A program made the position numbers and the translations under genes. From Candidatus Heimdallarchaeota archaeon (GTDB lineage Archaea > Asgardarchaeota > Heimdallarchaeia > Heimdallarchaeales > Kariarchaeaceae), in NCBI GenBank assembly GCA_030149205.1, contig JASBSB010000001.1:240001-272000 (forward strand): DNA of 32,000 nucleotides, in the 5' to 3' direction. Positions 10,371 to 19,634 of this stretch are shown here, one piece after another. The first letter of the stretch is position 1; every line of letters starts with the position of its first letter. The notes beneath the pieces are model-generated. The model saw only the letters and a list, made by a program, of their open reading frames with translations. It was not told the origin of the DNA and made no database searches.

Positions 10371-10847
10371 TTAACCTTTCTTCTGCTTTTTTGCTCTCTC
10401 TTTTTCAACAAGCCGAAAATACTCTTGTATGCTAACCTCTCTGCCTTTGAATGTTTTTGGTGCAACCACATCCAAAACGTCATCCCAAGATTCATCTTCA
10501 TCCAATATAATTTGTAATAAAATAGGGCCTAGTGGTATGTTATCATTAAAACCAACAAAACTTATTTTCTCCATTGCTAATGCTTGTCTTGACAAGTAAA
10601 CTGATGACAATGTTTCATTCTCAACGTTTTGCCGAATTTGAGATCTTGCTACATCTGTGATCCTTTGGTCTCTTAATTTTTCAGTAAACCCTTTTAATGG
10701 ATGATTTCCACTAGTTCGACCATAAATATAAACCTCAGAGCCCCTATTGTCAACCTTAAAATCAGCATTAATGAGATGCTTCAGAATTCCAATTAGTTCT
10801 AAAGCTTTTTCTGTTGGACGAACCATTACTTCACAAACAACAATCAT
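10371..10847 (-). CDS. UPF0201 (DUF54) archaeal putative RNA-binding protein
   Basis: V.V.PTE start, LRDQRITDVAR, RQALAMEKISFV and PLGPI motifs; 4-nt overlap with the UPF0200 gene, a known archaeal pairing. Confidence 0.8.
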   Translation of the reverse strand: MIVVCEVMVRPTEKALELIGILKHLINADFKVDNRGSEVYIYGRTSGNHPLKGFTEKLRDQRITDVARSQIRQNVENETLSSVYLSRQALAMEKISFVGFNDNIPLGPILLQIILDEDESWDDVLDVVAPKTFKGREVSIQEYFRLVEKERAKKQKKG

Positions 10848-11419
10848 AGAGATTCACCAAACGTTTTTATCAATGAATGAAACTTCTCAATCGATTCTGA
10901 TAAATTATTCCCAGTCGATACTAAATAATCTGCAAGGGCAATTACACTTCCTATCCCTAATCTTAATTCCTTGAGATCTCTCATGTTAAACCCAACTTTA
11001 TCAATTGGATCATCCCCTCTTTGTCTGGATATAGTTCGTTCAAATCTTAACTTAGGTGAGGCATGTACCGCAATAACTTTAAAATCCCTAATTGATTTCT
11101 TAAAATAATTAACTTCATCTAGGCTTCTAATTCCATCAATTATAATATTTGAGTTGGTTTGGTCCAACAATCTAGAAATCTTTTCCATGGTTCTCTTTGC
11201 CACAACTTCATTACCCTCCGTTTCCCTCAGTTCCAGCATAATTTTGTTACTATTGTCACGGGATGGTGTTAATCCTCGGCTTCTACATTCTTCACGAATA
11301 ACATCCCCCATAACGACTTGAAGAAACCCCTCTTTCTTTGCTTCAATTGCAAAGGTGTTTTTTCCTGACGCTGGAAGTCCTGTCACACCTATGATGGTAC
11401 TATGGCTCTTCTCATTCAA
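10844..11419 (-). CDS. UPF0200 archaeal nucleoside-monophosphate/dephospho-CoA kinase-like P-loop protein
   Basis: IIGVTGLPASGK Walker A, MGDVIREE, IDGIRSLDEV, AVHASPKLRFER, RDLKELRLGIGSVIALAD. Confidence 0.85.
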   Translation of the reverse strand: MNEKSHSTIIGVTGLPASGKNTFAIEAKKEGFLQVVMGDVIREECRSRGLTPSRDNSNKIMLELRETEGNEVVAKRTMEKISRLLDQTNSNIIIDGIRSLDEVNYFKKSIRDFKVIAVHASPKLRFERTISRQRGDDPIDKVGFNMRDLKELRLGIGSVIALADYLVSTGNNLSESIEKFHSLIKTFGESL

Positions 11420-11474
11420 TATTCCTTTCTTGTTGAATGAATTTTATTAACTTGATGAATTATTACAAAAATAC

Positions 11475-12056
11475 TTGAAAATAATTCCAAGAACTTTCCT
11501 AGGAATACCTTTAAAATTGCATGAAGATTATTCAGAGAAATTAAAATTACAAAAAAGTAAATACAAACTTTCAGTGGTACCACCTATTAATTATCATCTA
11601 ACGTTCCATTATTTTGGTGACCGCCATGAAATTTCTTCAATAGTTAATTCGTTAGATTCGATTAAATTCGCAGAATTTGTCATACACGTAATTTCGACAG
11701 GGTACTTCTATCGGAAGAAGTCAAGATCAGGGGTTCTTTATATAGATGTGTTAAAGGATAATGATAAGTTATTATCAGTTTATAATAAAATAAAGATTCA
11801 GTTGAGTAGCTTAAACATAAAAATTTCAGAATATTCCGATTGGAACCCCCATATTACAATAGGTAGAGTAAGAAAAATAACGGATGAAAGTCAGATGGTT
11901 GAAATTTTAAATCAAATAAAAGTTCAAGAACTAGAATTAACAGTTTCTGAGTTCGCCCTTTTTACCTCTCAGGTTTCTTCCTCTGGATCTGTTTATCTGA
12001 AATTGTTTACAATCCATAGTGATTACCACCACACATCCTTCCAACCCATTTTATAA
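11475..12056 (+). CDS. thpR: RNA 2',3'-cyclic phosphodiesterase (2H phosphoesterase, LigT/ThpR family)
   Basis: Two HxT motifs (YHLTFHYFG, PHITIGRV) and C-terminal SSGSVY. TTG start, exact start uncertain. Confidence 0.88.
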   Translation: MKIIPRTFLGIPLKLHEDYSEKLKLQKSKYKLSVVPPINYHLTFHYFGDRHEISSIVNSLDSIKFAEFVIHVISTGYFYRKKSRSGVLYIDVLKDNDKLLSVYNKIKIQLSSLNIKISEYSDWNPHITIGRVRKITDESQMVEILNQIKVQELELTVSEFALFTSQVSSSGSVYLKLFTIHSDYHHTSFQPIL

Positions 12057-12535
12057 GCAAAAGTGTTTGCGATCACATGAAGGAGAATTGTGCCTAAAGA
12101 AGTGATCGATAACCAAAGCCAGTTTAAACCAACAAAAGGAATACAGAAAATAAATGCAAAAATTACAAAACCTATTTGATCCACAAGAGGAAGAGGTCCC
12201 CCAGGTTTCAAATTTATTCGCCTCTTAATGAACGATCCAGTTGAATCTCCAAACATTGCTCCAAACCCTTGGAGAAATCCTAACCAAAGAGGATAATTCA
12301 CAAAAAAATTAGAAAAATATAAAAAAATTGCAATCCCTATTGCTCCTCCCGCCAAGGTTGCAGAGATATATCCACCTATGGTTTTGTTTTTTCCGAATAT
12401 AGGTCTTCCATCAATAAATTTCTTGTTGAAGTCAATAGGTCCTATACCTCCAATAAAAACTGGAACAGTATTTGCGAACAGTGCTGGTAGGATAAAGGTA
12501 AAACCAACAATTGTTTCATGAACCCAATTTATCAA
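12023..12535 (-). CDS. carS: CDP-archaeol synthase
   Basis: PALFANTVPV, PIDFNKKFIDGRPIFGKNKT, GAMFGDSTGSFIKRR, PLPLVDQIGF, GWKDVWW; 170 aa hydrophobic. Confidence 0.93.
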   Translation of the reverse strand: MINWVHETIVGFTFILPALFANTVPVFIGGIGPIDFNKKFIDGRPIFGKNKTIGGYISATLAGGAIGIAIFLYFSNFFVNYPLWLGFLQGFGAMFGDSTGSFIKRRINLKPGGPLPLVDQIGFVIFAFIFCIPFVGLNWLWLSITSLGTILLHVIANTFAYKMGWKDVWW

Positions 12536-12590
12536 TAAGAAGTGATTTTGTCTCTTTACTTAATATTTTGCTTCTATTTACGGTAACTAT

Positions 12591-14693
12591 TTATGCGCTG
12601 AAATAATTTTTAACAAAATTAACTATGGAAGCTTTTGAACTTGAGATAAATTTGAAGCTTCCAACCTGATCATAACCTCCACCTTGAATGTTTGCTGTTG
12701 GGAGATCTGACTGTATAGCTAAAAGCAATTCTGAAAATGATTGGCTTAGCCCCTTGGTTCTTATAATACAATAATCTGACCCAATGCCAAGGGTCACTGT
12801 CTTGTCCGAGTTGCTTTTATCGTTAATTAGGGTTAACAAGAGCCCATGAGGTGGATATTCAAATCTAGGAACATTAAGCTCTAAATCTATAATGTTAAAC
12901 TCAACATCATTGACAGATTCCTTCTCCAAATTTTGCTCCGCTAATTGTAAAACTGAGTCTCTCTGGGTGTTCACCAGCTCTTCCAACCGGGATGTTAACT
13001 CTAGAGATTTTTCCTTTCTGCGACCTATAAATAACAGATCACGGATGACTTCCCCACCATCAGAATACCTCAGGCTAAAGAGGATATAATCCAAAACATC
13101 AGCAATGGTGCTAAGTTTAGATTCATCAAATTTTAATTCATCATTAGATTCGACTTTTTCGAGGTATGATTTGAAAGCATCTCCTTTAGCTCTGGTATAG
13201 AGTGCAGAAATAACCGGTAGATGATGAAAGTTAAAATCATACTCAGCTAAGACTAACCTTGCAACTTCAAAGCTTAACATCCCTGAAGAAATGTTAGTCG
13301 AACTTATAACGTTAGAGGAACCTACTGGATTGGTTAGTTTCTGAACTGCCTCCGCAATACCTTGATGAGATATTGTGACGATTGGTAAATCATAATTTTG
13401 GGCTACATAATAACTGCTCAATGAATCTTCTGTTGTTCCGGTATTAAATAATACAACAAGTGGCATGATTTCCCCAGGAACAGGTCCATCGAGAACAAAC
13501 GATATATCTCTAATAATATCCCCGGAATCTACTACGTTTCCACGTACTGGTAACCTTCTCAAGACATGTCTAAAATCACTTGGTCTAACTCCTCTTGATC
13601 TCAGAAACCCTCGTAGGGCAAAATCCATAGCATAAGCTCCAACAGTACTATCAACAGAATTTGTATTATAACGAAGTATAATATTTCGACCTGATATTGC
13701 AGCTTCTCTGATTTTTAAAGCTGCATTTACGATTTCTTCCTTGTAACTGTTCAATTGCTTCTCAGAAATTGATAGATCGAAATCTGCTACAGTTTTATCT
13801 CCACGGAGAACAACATTAGCAATTTTACCATAGATTTTTTGTCTCTCTTCAAAATCTACAGGTTTTAAGGTGTGAATTAAAAACCGCTCTCTCCCCTTAT
13901 ACTCATCTAATTCCCCTATAACTTCTACAACCGAAAACTGTTCATACTTAGGAAAAGGAATTCTACCACCAATACCAAAGGCGGTTCCAATTATTGACAC
14001 TCCAGATTCGTCCACAAAGGTGAAGAAGGAAGGTCCTCTTCTAAGCCGTTTCACATTTGTAATCTGTCCTACAAATGAATACGCAACTTTCTCTTGCCCA
14101 TTTTCAACTATCTCTTGTATTGACTTCTGTGGAACTTCAGCATGAACTAACTCTATTTTGAATCGTTTCTGCTTAACTGGGACAACATAATACAACCATG
14201 GTCTTTTTGGGTCGGATACCTTTCCTAACCTCACAGGGATGATTTGTCCCTGCCTAAATAGATTAGTTTTTGCAGTTTTAAATTTTCCCTTCAATCCAGC
14301 ACCAAGGTCAACATGAACCTCATCTCTCAGGATTCTGGTAACAATAGCAGCTACGGCTTTCCCGCTGTTAAGCGCCTCTTCATTCAGTGGTTTTATGAAC
14401 CGGATCGCAACTGGATTTTCTTTACATTCTCCACAAAGATTTCCATCTTCTTTGTTAATTTCTTTACCACAAAGATCACAGACATAAAAATATCCCTCTT
14501 CGCAATCTTCAGGGCAGGTTTCAGGATCCACAATTCGACCTGTTCCGCCACAGACTTCACATTTTGCTGATTGATCATTTGAATCTCCCTGACCAATGAC
14601 AAGCTTTGTTGTTCCTAAACCGTTACATGCTGTACAAGTAGTCACATGTTCTATAAATCCTTTGCCTCTACAGGTTGTACACCTTTTTCTCAT
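12591..14693 (-). CDS. Archaeal RecJ-like protein of the HAN type (DnaJ-type Zn finger, S1, OB fold, DHH/DHHA1), catalytic motifs degenerate
   Basis: CxxCxGxG repeats, OB fold (GPSFFTFVDESG...VEVIG), GMLSFEVAR, HHLPVI, PRFEYPPHG, GSFKF. DHH motifs are substituted (see findings). Confidence 0.85.
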   Translation of the reverse strand: MRKRCTTCRGKGFIEHVTTCTACNGLGTTKLVIGQGDSNDQSAKCEVCGGTGRIVDPETCPEDCEEGYFYVCDLCGKEINKEDGNLCGECKENPVAIRFIKPLNEEALNSGKAVAAIVTRILRDEVHVDLGAGLKGKFKTAKTNLFRQGQIIPVRLGKVSDPKRPWLYYVVPVKQKRFKIELVHAEVPQKSIQEIVENGQEKVAYSFVGQITNVKRLRRGPSFFTFVDESGVSIIGTAFGIGGRIPFPKYEQFSVVEVIGELDEYKGRERFLIHTLKPVDFEERQKIYGKIANVVLRGDKTVADFDLSISEKQLNSYKEEIVNAALKIREAAISGRNIILRYNTNSVDSTVGAYAMDFALRGFLRSRGVRPSDFRHVLRRLPVRGNVVDSGDIIRDISFVLDGPVPGEIMPLVVLFNTGTTEDSLSSYYVAQNYDLPIVTISHQGIAEAVQKLTNPVGSSNVISSTNISSGMLSFEVARLVLAEYDFNFHHLPVISALYTRAKGDAFKSYLEKVESNDELKFDESKLSTIADVLDYILFSLRYSDGGEVIRDLLFIGRRKEKSLELTSRLEELVNTQRDSVLQLAEQNLEKESVNDVEFNIIDLELNVPRFEYPPHGLLLTLINDKSNSDKTVTLGIGSDYCIIRTKGLSQSFSELLLAIQSDLPTANIQGGGYDQVGSFKFISSSKASIVNFVKNYFSA

Positions 14694-14700
14694 GATTTAA

Positions 14701-14707
14701 CTCCTCT
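14701..14707 (-). promoter_or_regulatory. Shine-Dalgarno-like site (AGAGGAG) for the HAN-like gene
   Basis: Minus strand reads AGAGGAGTTAAATCATG, 7 nt before the ATG at 14693. Confidence 0.55.
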
Positions 14708-14867
14708 AATTAATTAATCTCACAATTACTTTGAATAGCGAGGATATTTGGTATATTGAACTCTAGATATCAGATTAAGAACCTCTCTATTTTGAACGGA
14801 CTTTTCACGTATCAATATAATTTTTTATGATGATAATATAGATTATTGCAGTAATATTTTCAGTACA

Positions 14868-15902
14868 TCAATCTCTTCGAGGATCAAACCATATAGCTAA
14901 GATATCCGTAATTGAGACTAAAAGGCTACTGACAAAGGTTAAAACCAAAGTACCAGCCATAAGGATCGGGACGTTCAATGATTTCGCTGATTCAATCATC
15001 AAGTTTGCAAGTCCAGGGTACCCAAAAACAAATTCTACAATAGCGCTTGTAGTTATCGCAACTGGTACTGTCGCACCAATACTTGTCATGATTTTTGGAT
15101 TTAGGTTAGGGACTACATGTTTACGAATAATTATAGAGAATTTTAGACCCTTGGCTTTAGCAGTGTTTACATAGGGTTTTCTTAACTCCACGATTGTCAA
15201 TGCTCGTATTTGTCTTGCTAAGAAGGTCGAGGAAATCACTGCAACAAGTGAGATAACAATGATTAACAAATAACCATAAGTTTGCCAATAACTGATAACT
15301 GCAGATGAATCTTGACTCCCGGGGTTCATTATTGAACCTATCAACTGCTGAAAATTAAGGTTTTGAACAGGTTGACGGTTATACTGATCAAATGTTATGA
15401 GCCCCGTTATTGATACTAAGTATCTGAATAGATAAATGGCTAACAGAACTGATGGAACCGCGTATGTGAAGTTTGTGAAGAAACGAAGAATAAAATCTAT
15501 GGGGGTATTGGCGTAACTTCCAGAAACCAAGCCAATCACAACACCAAGAAAAACATAAAGAAAAAAGGCACCAAAAAATAAAAATAAGGTATTAATGGTG
15601 GATTCCCAGAGGACCGCATCAAGTGGTTTGTGAAAGGTACTCCCTTCCCAACCTAAACCAAATGTTTGGTGAAATATCAAATTGTTCCAATAATTTATGA
15701 ATTGATCGAATATGGATTTATCTATACCTAGGAGGACTTCTTCTTGTTTAATTGCCACCTTTGGATTGGATGAGAAGGCATTATGAGCAACCGCAGGATT
15801 ATAATTCATAAAGAAATAAAGAACGAACAATAATATTGAAACCCCAAAAATTTGTGATATAATAGAAATTAATCGAAAAACAATGTAGTTGCTCATTCTC
15901 AT
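14868..15902 (-). CDS. dppB: Dipeptide/oligopeptide/nickel ABC transporter permease, DppB/OppB family
   Basis: LLGIDKSIFDQF, NTLFL, YVNTAKAKGL...RKHVVPN (EAA loop), IVEFVFGYPGLA. Confidence 0.85.
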   Translation of the reverse strand: MRMSNYIVFRLISIISQIFGVSILLFVLYFFMNYNPAVAHNAFSSNPKVAIKQEEVLLGIDKSIFDQFINYWNNLIFHQTFGLGWEGSTFHKPLDAVLWESTINTLFLFFGAFFLYVFLGVVIGLVSGSYANTPIDFILRFFTNFTYAVPSVLLAIYLFRYLVSITGLITFDQYNRQPVQNLNFQQLIGSIMNPGSQDSSAVISYWQTYGYLLIIVISLVAVISSTFLARQIRALTIVELRKPYVNTAKAKGLKFSIIIRKHVVPNLNPKIMTSIGATVPVAITTSAIVEFVFGYPGLANLMIESAKSLNVPILMAGTLVLTFVSSLLVSITDILAIWFDPRRD

Positions 15903-17461
15903 AATGATGGACTCCTCTCATTAGTTTTCCCTAAGGATTCTAATTCTTGCTCCGATGGCTCGACGAATATTTCTCTTACTATGAAATTATCTTCCTGCTT
16001 GTTTACTGTTCTAAATCGAGGGTCTAATACGTCCTTGAGGACATCAGTAAACAACAAAAGACCAAACAATGCAAGTGTTATCCAAATCGTTGAATCAAGA
16101 ACTACCAAGTCATAAATAGTTTGTTTATAAAATGCAGGGTCAAGTCTATAACCTATATCTGAACCCCACATTAATGTGGATTCTAATCCCAAAAGAACGG
16201 AGATGGTAACTGCGATAACAACAAAGTCAACTAATGATGTTATTAATAATAAAATAATTACAGGAAATAAGTTCGGAAGAATATGTTTTCGAAAAATACG
16301 GAACCCCGATGAACCCATGGTTCTTTGAACAAGAATAAACTCTTCATTTTTAATAGATTTTATTTCCTGTCTTATAACCTTACTTGGAGAGCCCCACATA
16401 ATTAAAGCTAACACCAGAAAAGTTTGAATAAAAAAGCCACCTGGAATCTTATTCCTTAATCCACCACTAAATGATGTTGCAAACATCCAAATGGCAAAAG
16501 GAGGGATTAGGTATAACCCATTAGCTACGTTCACAATTATTGTATCAACAACTCCATCTGAAAGTCCTGCAATGATCCCAAAAAATAGTCCCAATGAAAC
16601 TACTAATATAGCCGTTAACCCTGCAATATTAATTGTATAGAACGTTGCATAAACAAGTCTGGAAAAGAGGTCTCTACCTAAAAAATCAGATCCAAGCCAA
16701 AAATTAGCACCTGGAGGTTGGTCTACTGCGAAATTTCGGTATCTGTTATCAAACGCAAATTGGTAAATTGGATTTTTTAAGTATCCAGCATTAGCAATTA
16801 ATGGATCTGGGGGAAAAATGAAATTTGAAAATGCTCCCCAGAGATAGAAAAAAAGAAGTAATCCCACTAAAAATAAGCTAAGTTTCCCACTTGGATCACT
16901 CCAGAGAAGATTTAATTTCCCCCCACGAGTGTGCCCGTAGTAGTATTTTATCACTTTGTCAGTTTTAGAGTAAGAAAGTGTTGCAAAATAGTCAGTTAAT
17001 CCAATATTTTTGTATTTCCTCAAAGGAATCTTAATTTTTTTATCTAAAGTATATAACACGAAATAATATGAGGTCCCAAGTATGCTAGAAAAGATTGTTG
17101 AACCGTCAAGTTCTTCTACAAGATAGAGGGTGTTCAATGAAACAGACTTAAAAGTTATACCTAAAAATTTAAACTTTATTTGCTCTGATTCAATTATCAA
17201 TGTATATGGTACAAGTTCTTTTGATAATCGATATTCTAATAGAATTAGAAACACAAAGAAAAATAGACTAACCAATAAAACATTAATGAAATCATTTGCA
17301 TAGAAGGGAGAAGAAGAAAGAACCATAACAATATTCCCTAGATAAAGAATTGGGAGGATCATTAAAAAGAAAAACAAAAACTTAGCATAAGCAAAAATAG
17401 AAGGGTTAAAGCGTACAAAGTTCTCACTCTCAGCTATGGATGCCATAGATTTAGTATTCAA
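15899..17461 (-). CDS. dppC: Dipeptide/oligopeptide ABC transporter permease, DppC/OppC family, with ~180-aa N-terminal extension
   Basis: FWLGSDFLGRDLFSRLVYA, GSSGFRIFRKHILPNL, LKDVLDPR. The dppC stop overlaps the dppB ATG (ATGA). Order on the minus strand is dppC then dppB. Confidence 0.85.
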   Translation of the reverse strand: MNTKSMASIAESENFVRFNPSIFAYAKFLFFFLMILPILYLGNIVMVLSSSPFYANDFINVLLVSLFFFVFLILLEYRLSKELVPYTLIIESEQIKFKFLGITFKSVSLNTLYLVEELDGSTIFSSILGTSYYFVLYTLDKKIKIPLRKYKNIGLTDYFATLSYSKTDKVIKYYYGHTRGGKLNLLWSDPSGKLSLFLVGLLLFFYLWGAFSNFIFPPDPLIANAGYLKNPIYQFAFDNRYRNFAVDQPPGANFWLGSDFLGRDLFSRLVYATFYTINIAGLTAILVVSLGLFFGIIAGLSDGVVDTIIVNVANGLYLIPPFAIWMFATSFSGGLRNKIPGGFFIQTFLVLALIMWGSPSKVIRQEIKSIKNEEFILVQRTMGSSGFRIFRKHILPNLFPVIILLLITSLVDFVVIAVTISVLLGLESTLMWGSDIGYRLDPAFYKQTIYDLVVLDSTIWITLALFGLLLFTDVLKDVLDPRFRTVNKQEDNFIVREIFVEPSEQELESLGKTNERSPSL

Positions 17462-17583
17462 TGAACTATCTCCTGTTTAGATATTTTTAAACGATTAGGA
17501 ACTTGAATTAGTTTATCTTATAATATCCTAAATTCTATAACCTTTTCTATTATTAAGCGAGGAAATGAGTTCATATTTATATT

Positions 17584-18684
17584 TTGTTTCTAGATCCTCT
17601 GTATATGCTGGATGAATTTCTTAACTCAATCAAGTCTTATCCTGATTTTCAAAGAAAATGGGTAGATGATCTTAATCAGTTTTTGAAGAGATTAGATCCA
17701 AATTCCTCAATAATTGCTACACATGGTCATTGCCCTGACGGGATTGTGGCAGGTTCTATGATAAGATATGATTCCGAATTTGCTGAAATTATCCCCATAG
17801 ATTACTGGGTATTAAATGGAAGGGGAGTTCGCGAAAGATTAGAAGATTTACATTGGAAAGGAATCGTCGATCTTGAACCCTTTAATAAAAGACCAACTGA
17901 GTATTGGGTCGATCATCATATCGGAGTTCTGGGAAAGAAAATAAACAGTCAGAAAATCAGATATGATTATAACGGAGAGAGTGGGTCTTTTCAGTTACTT
18001 CTAAGTAATTTTTTGAGACCAATGCCTGATAAGATCATAGAGTTGGTAACCCTTACAAGAATTACAGACACTGCATCTTACACATTTATTCCCCCAACAT
18101 ATGAGTTAGATGAAGATAATGAGATACTAAACACCAGGTATGAATCCCTTAATTTAGAAAACAAAACTGCAATTCAACATAAAGCTTACGTACTGGATGA
18201 TGCTGTCAGATCAATTTCAACCTTTGAAGAAATGCAGAAAACTTATGATGGATTAGCTAAAGAGGGATTCATCTTTCTCTTTAAGTATAAACAAAAAATT
18301 AACCAACTTAGAATTCAAAGGTTAAAAGAATATGAAATTGCTGAAAACTTACCAAAAGCTGATTGTTTGGTGTTTAAATTCGATGATGGAAAATTAACTC
18401 CCTACTCATTCCACAGAAAATTACTGAATTCTAAATGCTTTGTAAGTATATCAGTTGCAAAGGTTCCAGACGGCTACAAACTCTCCTTTAGAAGAAAAAA
18501 GGGTCTTAACCCAGAGATGAATAAAATATTACAATTACATAATTTGGCAAAACAATTTAATGGTGGGGGTCATGAGGCTGCTTCTGGTGGGTTTACAACA
18601 GATTTTGATAATTTTAAACTTGAGATGGAAAGGTGGTCACTGAAAAATAATCTGTCAATTCAATTCTGTGATGTTGAATTATAA
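17584..18684 (+). CDS. DHH/DHHA1 family phosphoesterase (NrnA-like)
   Basis: THGHCPDG, IVDL, WVDHH, ITDTASY and GGGHEAASG motifs all intact. Likely ATG start at 17605. Confidence 0.85.
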   Translation: MFLDPLYMLDEFLNSIKSYPDFQRKWVDDLNQFLKRLDPNSSIIATHGHCPDGIVAGSMIRYDSEFAEIIPIDYWVLNGRGVRERLEDLHWKGIVDLEPFNKRPTEYWVDHHIGVLGKKINSQKIRYDYNGESGSFQLLLSNFLRPMPDKIIELVTLTRITDTASYTFIPPTYELDEDNEILNTRYESLNLENKTAIQHKAYVLDDAVRSISTFEEMQKTYDGLAKEGFIFLFKYKQKINQLRIQRLKEYEIAENLPKADCLVFKFDDGKLTPYSFHRKLLNSKCFVSISVAKVPDGYKLSFRRKKGLNPEMNKILQLHNLAKQFNGGGHEAASGGFTTDFDNFKLEMERWSLKNNLSIQFCDVEL

Positions 18685-18739
18685 AACCTGATAATGGTAT
18701 CGATTAACTTATTTACAGAACTAATATGCAGTAATTATA

Positions 18740-19633
18740 TTGCAAACGATTATTAGTTTGGACAAAATAAATCCAGTGGCACAGAATCTTCAACGTGCAT
18801 TAAACTGTCAGTTAGTGGTACCAGAGACAAAAAAATTTAGAGATAACGAAACATATATCAGAATAAAGACTGACCTATCAAATCACGAAGTATTAATTGT
18901 ACAATCATTATACTATCCACAGGAGTTCCATCTTTTTCAAGTTTTAAACCTCGCATATTTAATAAAACGACTAGGGGCTACCTCAATAAAACTTATCGCA
19001 CCATACATGTGTTATAGCAGAGCTGACAGGGACATATTAGGTGGAGAAGCGGTAAGTTTGCTAACAGTGCTTTCATTAATTAAAGCCAGTCCCATTAATG
19101 AATTAATTGTCGTAGACCTTCATAACCCCAGTGCAATTCCGGATGAAATCTCCAAAAAGCTGAAGATATCAAACGTTCTCCCTACTAAATCGATAAAAAA
19201 TTTTCTTTCTGCGACAGTCGGAGAAATAGACAGTGAATGGTCAGTTGTTGCTCCTGATAAAGGAGCTGAATATCGTGCTAAGGAGCTTGCTGAGCTGTTG
19301 AAAATCAGATACACCTCCTTTGAAAAGCACCGTGACCCAATAACAGGCACTGTTAATTTACGTAACATAGATGATGTAAACATAATTGGGACAAAGGTCA
19401 TATTGATTGATGATATGGTGACAACTGGCAATTCATTGTTACAGGTAGTTAAAATTTTGAAGAAGAAAAAGATTCAAAAGGTTTGCGTGATAGTTACTCA
19501 TTCTTTGACGAACAATCTGATCGAGAAATTTCAAGACACCAAAATTGACATTCTTGCGTCAACTCTATCAGTCCCATCAGAAATATCGAAAATAGATATT
19601 ACCCCAGATTTATTGGACACGATTTCATTTTAA
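18740..19633 (+). CDS. prs: Ribose-phosphate pyrophosphokinase
   Basis: KFRDNETYIRI, APYMCYSRADR, VDLH, VAPDKGA, ILIDDMVTTGNSL. Confidence 0.93.
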   Translation: MQTIISLDKINPVAQNLQRALNCQLVVPETKKFRDNETYIRIKTDLSNHEVLIVQSLYYPQEFHLFQVLNLAYLIKRLGATSIKLIAPYMCYSRADRDILGGEAVSLLTVLSLIKASPINELIVVDLHNPSAIPDEISKKLKISNVLPTKSIKNFLSATVGEIDSEWSVVAPDKGAEYRAKELAELLKIRYTSFEKHRDPITGTVNLRNIDDVNIIGTKVILIDDMVTTGNSLLQVVKILKKKKIQKVCVIVTHSLTNNLIEKFQDTKIDILASTLSVPSEISKIDITPDLLDTISF

Positions 19634-19634
19634 A

